Origin: Escherichia coli 042
GTDB lineage: Bacteria > Pseudomonadota > Gammaproteobacteria > Enterobacterales > Enterobacteriaceae
Length of the DNA stretch: 64,000 nt
Assembly: GCF_000027125.1 (NCBI RefSeq)
Contig: NC_017626.1
Reading direction: 5' to 3' (one strand)
The notes under the pieces were generated by a model. That model worked only from the letters and a program-made list of their open reading frames with translations. It was not told the origin of the DNA and searched no databases. The translations under genes and the position numbers were made by a program. Position 1 is the stretch's first letter, and each line of letters opens with the position of its first letter. Shown one piece after another: positions 10,352-18,324 of this stretch.

Positions 10352-11860
10352 ATGGCTATTTTTCATCTGGATTTTAAAATTGTGAAACGTTCTGAAGGCA
10401 GATCTTCCGTTGCGAAAGCTGCCTATCATGCTCGTACACGTATAACAGATGAAAGAACAGGTGATACCTATGATTATAGTCGCCGTACCGATTTATACGG
10501 ACATTTCATATTAGCACCAATTAATGCTCCAGAACATATCGTGAAAGACTCTACAGCATTGTGGAATGAAGTTGAAAGAGTTGAGCGCCAGAGCAATGGT
10601 CAAACATCCCGTTATTTCGATGTTGCCATACCTGCCGAGTTAAACAATGACGACAAGAAAAGACTTGTCCTTGAGTATTGTCAGAAAAATTTCGTTGATA
10701 AAGGCATGATTGCCGATATCGCTTTCCACGATCTTGATAGCGATAATCCTCATGCTCACGTTATGTTGACATTAAAAACCATAGGCCCTGAAGGTTTTGG
10801 TAAAAAAGAAAGAAGCTGGAACGACAGAAAAATGTCTGTTATATGGCGTGAATCATGGGCATCTATGGCTAACAGCTACCTTGCTGCCGCTGGCTCGTCA
10901 GAACGTATTGACCATCGTTCTCTTCAGGCCCAGCATGAAGAGGCATTAGAAAAAGCGGCGGTAGCTTTAGATAATGAAGAAAAAGCGCTATGGCTTGCTA
11001 AAGCCGCTGAAACAAACCGTCCTCCAATGAAGCGTATCCATAGTGCCAAATGGCGTAGTAAAGCAGCACAAGAGCAAAGAGCAGCAGAACAGGCTGTTCG
11101 TGATGCTGCCAAGCAGGAAGCGGTTGAAGTCTACAAGACTTTCAGCGAACTTGATCTTGAAATCGTCGTTGATGTCAGAAGCTTCACCGTGGCTGCTCTT
11201 GCTGAACCAGAAGAGATTGTATTACCAGAAACGCGCTCCGGCTCTTCTTCTCATGAAGCACAAAGTCCTGTATTGGTAGCGCCTATTCCTCATACTCATG
11301 TGCGTGGAGTTAAATCTTACCGCGATAAAGAAAAAGTGAGTAAAGTTGTCATTAATAATATATCAGAACCAAATGTTGCTGATGCTGACATAAACACTCT
11401 TTGGAAAACATCTCCATCTAAAACCAAAAATATGGCATCCAAAAGTACCGCTGAAAGTGTTAAAAGGAAACAGGCTAATCCGCGTCAGGATAATATCTTT
11501 AAACGCTTTACAACGCTTTTGATCGGTTTCTTCAAAGAGAAATTTATATGGGCTAAGAAGAAACCTGATCCTACCGAGATTGAACATGACAGGCATGTAG
11601 CAGAAAATTACGTCTTTGATGAAGTGCTGGGTGTCTATGTATCACGCGCTGACCATGAACAACGAGCCAGATTCAACGGTGATGATAAAGAGTTCTCTGG
11701 TTACAAGCCAACACCTGATGAGATTAAGCGTTTTCCAAGCCGTCTAGCTAATACAGCACAAACTGATAGAGAGCTCGACTACATGCCTTCGCTCGTGGCT
11801 GATAAGAAATCGTTAGCACCTAAATTGAAACCAAATGCTCCCTATAAAAATAGATTATAA
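10352..11860 (+). CDS. MobA/MobL-family (MOBQ-type) relaxase
   Basis: The N-terminus MAIFHLDFKIVKRSEGRSSVAKAAYHARTRITDERTGDTYDYS carries the catalytic Tyr region. The histidine triad HDLDSDNPHAHVMLT is present. The C-terminal half is low-complexity and no primase or helicase motifs are seen. Confidence 0.88.
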   Translation: MAIFHLDFKIVKRSEGRSSVAKAAYHARTRITDERTGDTYDYSRRTDLYGHFILAPINAPEHIVKDSTALWNEVERVERQSNGQTSRYFDVAIPAELNNDDKKRLVLEYCQKNFVDKGMIADIAFHDLDSDNPHAHVMLTLKTIGPEGFGKKERSWNDRKMSVIWRESWASMANSYLAAAGSSERIDHRSLQAQHEEALEKAAVALDNEEKALWLAKAAETNRPPMKRIHSAKWRSKAAQEQRAAEQAVRDAAKQEAVEVYKTFSELDLEIVVDVRSFTVAALAEPEEIVLPETRSGSSSHEAQSPVLVAPIPHTHVRGVKSYRDKEKVSKVVINNISEPNVADADINTLWKTSPSKTKNMASKSTAESVKRKQANPRQDNIFKRFTTLLIGFFKEKFIWAKKKPDPTEIEHDRHVAENYVFDEVLGVYVSRADHEQRARFNGDDKEFSGYKPTPDEIKRFPSRLANTAQTDRELDYMPSLVADKKSLAPKLKPNAPYKNRL

Positions 11861-12097
11861 ATGATAATATAATTCCCAAAAATATATCTTTCCCCTAAAG
11901 ATTGACCATATCATATACTAAATAACATCATGACTATATTCCTAAGTACTCAAAACCTTGAATTCTATCAACTAAAATGGTATATTATTTTGTTTTTTTG
12001 ATTTTCAATTGCATTGTGATAAGATATTTCATACATTGATTGAGAATATTAAAGAAACGATAATGTATCTTACTTTCATCAATTAGTCGAGGTTATC

Positions 12098-12628
12098 ATG
12101 TCAACTCCTGAGGATGCTTTCAAAAAAAAATTACTAGCTGCTCAACAAGAAAAAGATGAACTTGTTAGGAAAAATCAAATTGATGCAGAGCGTAAAAAAC
12201 AAATCATTGCTGAAAAAATTAGTTTTTATCAAAAACACCAAAATGATTTCATACAACAAGTTATTGAATGGGCCAGTAGTGCAGATTTAAATATCTCATC
12301 ACTTAACATTAGTTATTACGATTATGGTCATTTATTTCAAACAACAGGCATAAGCATTGAATATGATGGTAAAAAAGTTCAGTTTATTCCGCAAGGAGTA
12401 GAACGTGGAACTTTTCTAGGTATCATAAAATTAGATTTTACTAACGCAAATTCATTCATTCAATACTATTTCGGTTTGTCTGCCAATAAAAATGAAGCCG
12501 AACCATATTGGACTTTTGTTCAATATGATACTCAAAACCCTAGTGCTTGGCAGGAAAACTCAAAGCGCATGTCAAAAGAGCTATTCTTTGAAATAATTGA
12601 AAGTATATTACTTCCACCAAAATCATGA
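12098..12628 (+). CDS. hypothetical protein (N-terminal coiled coil)
   Basis: 176-aa ORF with an SD-like gaggt upstream, followed by a 10-bp-stem hairpin. No family recognised. Confidence 0.6.
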   Translation: MSTPEDAFKKKLLAAQQEKDELVRKNQIDAERKKQIIAEKISFYQKHQNDFIQQVIEWASSADLNISSLNISYYDYGHLFQTTGISIEYDGKKVQFIPQGVERGTFLGIIKLDFTNANSFIQYYFGLSANKNEAEPYWTFVQYDTQNPSAWQENSKRMSKELFFEIIESILLPPKS

Positions 12629-12640
12629 ATATTGAATATT

Positions 12641-12667
12641 AGAAAAGCACTCAAGCAGTGCTTTTCT
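12641..12667. terminator. hairpin terminator after 12098..12628
   Basis: AGAAAAGCACtcaagcaGTGCTTTTCT: a perfect 10-bp stem whose arms supply the A and T runs. Confidence 0.6.
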
Positions 12668-12947
12668 AAATACCATACTCATTTCATTATAAATGAACCT
12701 CGATTTTAATAATTTATACCCTGCCCCCATAATCTTTAATTGCCATATTTATTAATACTGAGATTTAAGCTGTGAGATATATATTTAATATAAAACCACG
12801 ATCGTGTGATAAGACGTTTTCTATATTTACTGGAAATATTAAAATCAAACTCTCCGCTTAAACATAACATTATCATTTATGCCTTGCTATTGGTAAGTAT
12901 TAATTTTTTATCTATACAAGAATCTATTATTCAGATAAAGATTCATC

Positions 12948-13208
12948 TTATTCCGCCCTGTCATAAAAATAAAATGACCAAGCATCACAGAACCATTTAA
13001 TATTTTTATCATCAGATGGATATTCATATCCTTTAAGATTCTCTTTGAGAAAAGATATTTGTGATGGCATCAGCATCCCAACAAGTATCTTTATTAGATC
13101 TTCTGAAGGATATTTATCAAACTCATCTCTGTTAATACCTGTTTTTTCTTCAATGATCACTGAAGCTTTAACTATCTCACATAAAACATCATCTTTTTTA
13201 TTTCTCAT
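12948..13208 (-). CDS. hypothetical small protein (86 aa)
   Basis: ATG 13208 is preceded by a strong SD (ataAAGGAGataata). MRNKKDDVLCEIVKASVIIEEKTGINRDEFDKYPSEDL... The track ORF extends to 13292 without an SD. Confidence 0.55.
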   Translation of the reverse strand: MRNKKDDVLCEIVKASVIIEEKTGINRDEFDKYPSEDLIKILVGMLMPSQISFLKENLKGYEYPSDDKNIKWFCDAWSFYFYDRAE

Positions 13209-13327
13209 TATTATCTCCTTTATTGTTTTATATTTAATACCATATAAACAATAAATGTCAAAAATATTTAAAGACAATTTAAGAACAATCAACCCTGAAT
13301 GTATTTGATATGTTGTTCAATACAATA

Positions 13328-13348
13328 AGCCCTGTATCAAACAGGGCT
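13328..13348 (-). terminator. hairpin downstream of the lipoprotein/membrane operon
   Basis: AGCCCTGTatcaaACAGGGCT, 32 nt after the stop at 13380. Confidence 0.5.
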
Positions 13349-13379
13349 ATATGAATTAAAGGTTACAGATTAAAAAAAC

Positions 13380-14030
13380 TTACCAGCTATCATTATTTCG
13401 CTTTTCAATTGCATCACGATAACGCTGTTGTTCCACAACATCCAGATTTGGATCAAATAACACACTTGATCCTTTCACAGCAATATCGGCATCAATCTCT
13501 GATTGGGGAGCATAGGCCTTATAACCATTAGGCTGTGAAGTGGCTGTGCGGATATATGTCCCATAGTGTTTCCCATTCATAGAACAACCGATGTAAGCCA
13601 ACAGGCAGGCAAACAGGAAAAAGAATGTCCATACTGTATTATAGCCGTTAATCGTATATCCACTTCCATTCACATCTGAAAACACGCCATTAAACCTGAC
13701 CGCATAGACAATCAGGAACGATGAAAGGATAACGGTTCTGCTTTTACCAACAGTTAAATGTTTACGCACAAATTTCACTGTTGGTAGTAGAGTGACCATA
13801 AAAAGAGCGATAGCAACACATACCAGCCATATAGGAAACAGTCCATATTTTTGTGTAATGTTCTGCGATACCGTCACCAAGGACAGCACCAAGAAGGCGT
13901 TGAGCAGAAAAAGTCTGACCGCCATCCATACCTTCACGTTCTTTTGCGTCTTACGGAGAAACAGCATCGGAGTCAGTGATGGTATGTTCATCAGCAGACC
14001 GATGATAAGCACCCAATAGATAGAGTTCAT
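13380..14030 (-). CDS. polytopic inner-membrane protein (about 5-6 TM), unknown function
   Basis: 216-aa ORF with several hydrophobic segments (e.g. VLIIGLLMNIPSLTPMLFL, LFLLNAFLVLSLVTV, IWLVCVAIALFMVTLL, VWTFFFLFACLLAYIGC) and a polar C-terminal tail. It starts 17 nt after the preceding gene's stop, so it is the last gene of a 3-gene operon. Confidence 0.7.
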   Translation of the reverse strand: MNSIYWVLIIGLLMNIPSLTPMLFLRKTQKNVKVWMAVRLFLLNAFLVLSLVTVSQNITQKYGLFPIWLVCVAIALFMVTLLPTVKFVRKHLTVGKSRTVILSSFLIVYAVRFNGVFSDVNGSGYTINGYNTVWTFFFLFACLLAYIGCSMNGKHYGTYIRTATSQPNGYKAYAPQSEIDADIAVKGSSVLFDPNLDVVEQQRYRDAIEKRNNDSW

Positions 14031-14046
14031 AGCGTTCTTCCTGTAA

Positions 14047-14601
14047 TTACCGGGCTTGCCAACCGTTATTGATTTTCACCAGAACAATTTTGGCTTCTTC
14101 TGGTTCAGACATCCCTTTCACGCCAGAGAAGGCATTTTTATCAACCCAGCCCGGCACGCCATCCAGTTTCCACGTATAGGTCACTTGCGTCATTTTAACG
14201 CCATTACCCTCACTCGGTTCAGTCCAGCTTTTAACCTCAGCTACGGCACGGTGACCAACACAGGCACCATCTTTACGATCCCAAAACTCAACCTCTTGGC
14301 CTTTGTCTGTTACTTCCAGAACATCTACGCTGCTAAAGCCGTTAGGTTGCTGCGAAACATCAAGCAGTCCCTGATTAGCCAGACCTTTCAAGATTTCATC
14401 ACTGGCACTGTATCCAGCAGAACGATAGCCATGGTTGACCTTAACCGGAAAACCTTTATTGAACGTAAAGTCATTGTCCTGAAGGGAGTAGCAGACCTTA
14501 GATTTTGATATATGCTCGTTTATCGCTTTCTCAAAGTCGCCTTTTTCACCGCAGCCTGATAACAACACGGCAAGTCCTGCAATGACTAAAAATTTACTCA
14601 T
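14047..14601 (-). CDS. lipoprotein, unknown function
   Basis: Signal peptide plus lipobox MSKFLVIAGLAVLLSGC|G. 184 aa. There is a 15-nt gap to the upstream lipoprotein gene. Confidence 0.75.
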   Translation of the reverse strand: MSKFLVIAGLAVLLSGCGEKGDFEKAINEHISKSKVCYSLQDNDFTFNKGFPVKVNHGYRSAGYSASDEILKGLANQGLLDVSQQPNGFSSVDVLEVTDKGQEVEFWDRKDGACVGHRAVAEVKSWTEPSEGNGVKMTQVTYTWKLDGVPGWVDKNAFSGVKGMSEPEEAKIVLVKINNGWQAR

Positions 14602-14615
14602 GGTTCTTATTCCTT

Positions 14616-15194
14616 TTAATGATTGATAGTGCCGTTTCTCAGAACAACCAGACGAACTGGCATATCGGCATTGTTTACTGTGGCGAAGCCACGAACTTCG
14701 AAGTTGTTGACTGTTCCAGTGACACTGACTTTCTGGCCTTTCTTGTAAGTAAGAACCGCATCATCAATACCAGAGTAGTAATCCAGCCAGACCATCCCGC
14801 CGCAGTAGCTTGTATCGGCTGTTTTAAAGAGCAGATAATAATTAGGGGCTGATTTGGGCATTCCCGTCATCATATCGCTGGCACTTCTGCCCTTCGTAAC
14901 CTCAAGAACAGTGGCATTGGTGATAGCGATCCTTTTGCCAGTCCATTTTTTTTCTGCTGCCATCGCATTTTCTTCATAGTCTTTGCAGACAGCACCAAGG
15001 CCAGTAATGGACGTCGCTGGACCACTATCCTGACCGGAAGCTGAAACCCGCAGCGCTTTATCAACGGTGCTGTTCAATGATGCCAGTGAAGAGTTAATTG
15101 CCCCATTAACGCTATTCACGCCTTCGTTGAGTTGCTGGCAGCCAGAAAGAAACACCAGAGAGATCGCCAGTGGTAAGAAGTTATGTCCTTTCAT
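14616..15194 (-). CDS. lipoprotein with C-terminal OB-fold (tRNA_anti-like lipoprotein family) domain
   Basis: Lipobox MKGHNFLPLAISLVFLSGC|Q. The C-terminal region ...WTGKRIAITNATVLEVTK...YYLLFKTADTSYCGGMVWLDYYSGIDDAVLTYKKGQKVSVTGTVNNF resembles the OB-fold putative-lipoprotein pattern as I remember it. Confidence 0.7.
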   Translation of the reverse strand: MKGHNFLPLAISLVFLSGCQQLNEGVNSVNGAINSSLASLNSTVDKALRVSASGQDSGPATSITGLGAVCKDYEENAMAAEKKWTGKRIAITNATVLEVTKGRSASDMMTGMPKSAPNYYLLFKTADTSYCGGMVWLDYYSGIDDAVLTYKKGQKVSVTGTVNNFEVRGFATVNNADMPVRLVVLRNGTINH

Positions 15195-15319
15195 TTATTC
15201 CTCAAGGATTTAGTCAGATTCGTATACCCCAATCCCGGCGCACTGACCTATAGATCAGGAGTTATCGTCTAATCAATTGATAGAATTGAATTATTTTTAG
15301 TGTTCGTCACATCGTTTAA

Positions 15320-15452
15320 ATCGATCGATATAAAACAAATGATAGACTCAGGCTATCATAGATAATATATCGATCGATAATATCAATTAAAAAACCGATC
15401 GATAAATCACTTTCAATCGTTAATGCCTATCAATATAAATTTATCGATCGAT
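15320..15452. promoter_or_regulatory. four ATCGATCGAT-type palindromes in the divergent promoter region (operator array; each contains a Dam GATC site)
   Basis: aATCGATCGATa (15320-15329). TATCGATCGATA (15368-15379). cCGATCGATA (15395-15404). TATCGATCGATt (15442-15452). Centre-to-centre spacing is 49/25/49 bp. An extra IR ATGATAGactcaggCTATCAT lies at 15339-15359. Confidence 0.6.
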
Positions 15453-15529
15453 TTTACAGATCATTTTGCTTGAGTATGTTGGCACTGGCGGCTATGCTGG
15501 GCTGAGATAAAGCAGTAAAACAGAGAGGG

Positions 15530-15985
15530 ATGAGCATGGAAAACAACAACGAGCGAAGCTCTATGGAAATCTTCGAAAAAGATCAAAAAATCGCTTTTGT
15601 TGACTCGTTCAGCGATGCTGCTTTGTCTTACGAATACGAACAGGCGGGCTTCACCATTAATTTAATGCAACGCTCGGTTCTTCTCTTTAACCATAATATA
15701 AAGAAAAACGTAACTGCCAAGCAGTTGCGTAAAAATAATATAAAGAATAACGTAATGTCTTCGACATTGCGTAAAAATATGAACAGCACATTTATATATT
15801 CATATAACAACATCAGGGAAATCAACTACTCGCTGCCTGATTGCAGATCCGATGATGCCGAGAACTGTATTATGATTGATGATGTATTAAATCCAGTCTG
15901 GACGTTCAGGGTTCCATCTCACGCACATTATATTTGCGAGCAATGGGTGGAAGTATTTAATAACCATATTTTCTTTGACCCATAA
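15530..15985 (+). CDS. hypothetical protein
   Basis: 151-aa ORF with SD gagaggg upstream. No family recognised. Confidence 0.55.
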   Translation: MSMENNNERSSMEIFEKDQKIAFVDSFSDAALSYEYEQAGFTINLMQRSVLLFNHNIKKNVTAKQLRKNNIKNNVMSSTLRKNMNSTFIYSYNNIREINYSLPDCRSDDAENCIMIDDVLNPVWTFRVPSHAHYICEQWVEVFNNHIFFDP

Positions 15986-16110
15986 ACAAAGTATTAAGCA
16001 AAAGGAAAATAAATATCTGACTAATGATATTAATTAATAGAATTATTTGCTTTTTAGCAAATTAATGTTTAATTATATACACATAGAATAATTGATATCG
16101 AGGTATATTT

Positions 16111-16581
16111 ATGTCTGGGAAAAATCCTTTTTGGAATTATGATTATAATGCGGCGCAACGTAATAGAGAAATTGTAGACTCTTACCAACAGGCAAATGAG
16201 GCAAGGCTGGATTCTCAACAGGCGCAGTTTGAAGCGTCTATGGCTAATGACAGGGTTAGCAGAATACAGATGCAGTTGAATAACACAATCAATAGCCATA
16301 AGAAGGTTGTGGCTGATTATGAGCAACGTCTTGAAGAATATAAACAAAATTTCTTTCGTGTAGCTTTACATAAAAACATTCTCTTCAGAACGGTTCGCAG
16401 ACTTCAGGAGGAATGGCCGGATAAAAATGAATTCATCCTTGATGAAATGCAAAGACAAAGAATTTTGTGTAATCAGCAGGACTATAGAGAAAGATGGTGG
16501 AATGCCATAAAAGATAATAATCTTGCTGACGATTATCTTGAGTTTCCATTTCCTAATAGAGAGATAAAAAACAAACCATAA
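16111..16581 (+). CDS. hypothetical protein (coiled-coil rich)
   Basis: 156-aa ORF (MSGKNPFWNYDYNAAQRNREIVDSYQQANEARLDSQQAQFEASM...). No family recognised. Confidence 0.55.
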   Translation: MSGKNPFWNYDYNAAQRNREIVDSYQQANEARLDSQQAQFEASMANDRVSRIQMQLNNTINSHKKVVADYEQRLEEYKQNFFRVALHKNILFRTVRRLQEEWPDKNEFILDEMQRQRILCNQQDYRERWWNAIKDNNLADDYLEFPFPNREIKNKP

Positions 16582-16695
16582 TAAGTAATTAACTATTCGT
16601 TCATAACATTATATTTATTTTAATAAGACACTAACCTGCTGTGTCTCCTAAAAACACGCCTATACATCAACCATCCATTTTATGGAATACTCATC

Positions 16696-16974
16696 ATGAC
16701 AACTACTTTGCATCCAAATTACGTTGTTGTATCAAAGCTAATATCTAAGTTTGACATTACACATGATAGTAGAGATGAGAATATTAATATCTTGATTTCT
16801 GTCATTTATGACTTGGATAACGGCAATACAATCGAATACTACATTAATAATCAGGAAGAGGCCGAGAAAAAATGCATTGAGAAAAACAGATTTTCAAGGA
16901 AATTTAAAAACCGCATTGATAATATATCACCTGAAGAAATCCGCTCGGCTAAAGATAATCACAAACCCAAATAA
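16696..16974 (+). CDS. hypothetical small protein
   Basis: 92-aa ORF. No family recognised. Confidence 0.45.
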   Translation: MTTTLHPNYVVVSKLISKFDITHDSRDENINILISVIYDLDNGNTIEYYINNQEEAEKKCIEKNRFSRKFKNRIDNISPEEIRSAKDNHKPK

Positions 16975-17097
16975 TAAATTTGAACTCAGGATGGAACTAA
17001 TGTCTATACCGTATAATGTATTGATTTTGTGCACAGGAACGATTAAAACTATGATGTTATTGCTTGTATTCTTTACCACAAACATTAGGGAAATCGC

Positions 17098-17505
17098 ATG
17101 TCTGATGCTTTAAAGATCATCAACAATATTCGTACTCTCCGTGCTCAGGCTCGTGAACTGACACTCGAAACCTTGGAAGAGATGTTAGAAAAACTCACTA
17201 TCGTTGTAGAAGAACGTCGTGAAGAAGAGGCCTCATTTCTAAAACAGCAGGAAGAGAAACAGGCCAAGCTGGAAGCATTCCGTCAGAAGTTGTTGGAAGA
17301 TGGCATAGACCCGGCAGAGTTGCTTTCAACTGTTAGCCCATCTTCTTCCAAGACAGGAGCGAAACGCGCCCCACGTCCAGCTAAGTATAAATATGTTGAT
17401 ACCGATGGTTCGGAAAAGACGTGGACAGGTCAGGGCCGAACTCCTCGTGCTATCGCTGCTGCGCTCGAAGCCGGTAAGACACTGGAAGATTTCGAGATCA
17501 AGTAA
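17098..17505 (+). CDS. H-NS family nucleoid-associated protein (island-encoded full-length paralogue)
   Basis: [44 protein letters not shown]... is the N-terminal oligomerisation domain. The C-terminal DNA-binding motif is [17 protein letters not shown]. 135 aa. It is distinct from the core stpA at 50350-50754. Confidence 0.92.
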   Translation: MSDALKIINNIRTLRAQARELTLETLEEMLEKLTIVVEERREEEASFLKQQEEKQAKLEAFRQKLLEDGIDPAELLSTVSPSSSKTGAKRAPRPAKYKYVDTDGSEKTWTGQGRTPRAIAAALEAGKTLEDFEIK

Positions 17506-17580
17506 TCTTCATACCATATGTCTACCAAATCCGCTCATTTTTCTTGGGCGGGTTTGTTGAACCAACCTACAGGGATTAAC

Positions 17581-18066
17581 ATGCCAATAAAAGAGTTCTT
17601 AATTATGAAATCAAAAGCCTTTATTAACTTCATGCGCACTGAACTAAAAAACACATTTACAACTTCTCCTTGCGAAAATAAATTAAGAAAGGCTATTTTT
17701 ATTTTTTCTTTATTAAATGCCTTAAATATCATAGGTTATTACATCCTCACATATAGTATGCAAATCCTGTTCCTGTTGCCTATTATTTGGGGAGGGTTAT
17801 TAGCACACGGGACTTACAAACGCTATGGAGATTTGCTTAGATCTGGTTCTGATTGTGCTCTTTTTCTGGTGGCTACTATTACATCAGCATATCTCGTCAT
17901 TAACACAGCAAGTGATGATGTCGATTTTTTTGAAAAGCATATGATAAATGGATTAGGTTTTTTGATTACATATGTTTTTGCTGTAGCTGCATCCGTTCGT
18001 TTTTATATCAGTGCAATAGATTTATATAATAGCTTTATTTCTTTTAAAAAATCAAAAGAAAAATGA
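17581..18066 (+). CDS. small membrane protein, unknown function
   Basis: ATG 17581 is preceded by cagggattaac. About 4 hydrophobic segments (e.g. IFIFSLLNALNIIGYYILTY, ILFLLPIIWGGLLAHG, LFLVATITSAYLVI, FLITYVFAVAASV). Confidence 0.5.
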   Translation: MPIKEFLIMKSKAFINFMRTELKNTFTTSPCENKLRKAIFIFSLLNALNIIGYYILTYSMQILFLLPIIWGGLLAHGTYKRYGDLLRSGSDCALFLVATITSAYLVINTASDDVDFFEKHMINGLGFLITYVFAVAASVRFYISAIDLYNSFISFKKSKEK

Positions 18067-18068
18067 AA

Positions 18069-18251
18069 TCACTCATCCTTAGAGTCCATATCTGCCCTGA
18101 GGATGATATACCAAAATACATGTATAAAGATAAACAATAAATTAAATGCATAAACCTTTTGATTCATTGCTATTAAGTTCACAAAAACACTCACAATAAG
18201 AAATAAATAGTTCTTTTTTCTATGTTCTTTTAGATACCTGATGAATAACAT
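18069..18251 (-). CDS. possible 60-aa two-TM membrane peptide
   Basis: ATG 18251 is preceded by a strong SD (atatGGAGGttatt). MLFIRYLKEHRKKNYLFLIVSVFVNLIAMNQKVYAFNLLFIFIHVFWYIIL... It is convergent with the previous gene. Confidence 0.4.
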   Translation of the reverse strand: MLFIRYLKEHRKKNYLFLIVSVFVNLIAMNQKVYAFNLLFIFIHVFWYIILRADMDSKDE

Positions 18252-18324
18252 AATAACCTCCATATTGAAAATATGGAAATTATTTAACATCTATCATTAA
18301 TAAGTCAAGGCAGTCTACAGGAAT

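Noticed and set aside
14056-14508. 150-aa plus-strand ORF opposite the lipoprotein gene
   Set aside because: It lies entirely antisense to a lipobox-containing ORF in a tightly spaced operon. Its composition is low-complexity and there is no RBS.
16808-17113. 101-aa ORF overlapping the 92-aa ORF and the H-NS-like start
   Set aside because: It is out of frame with both neighbours and runs through the H-NS gene RBS. There is no independent support.
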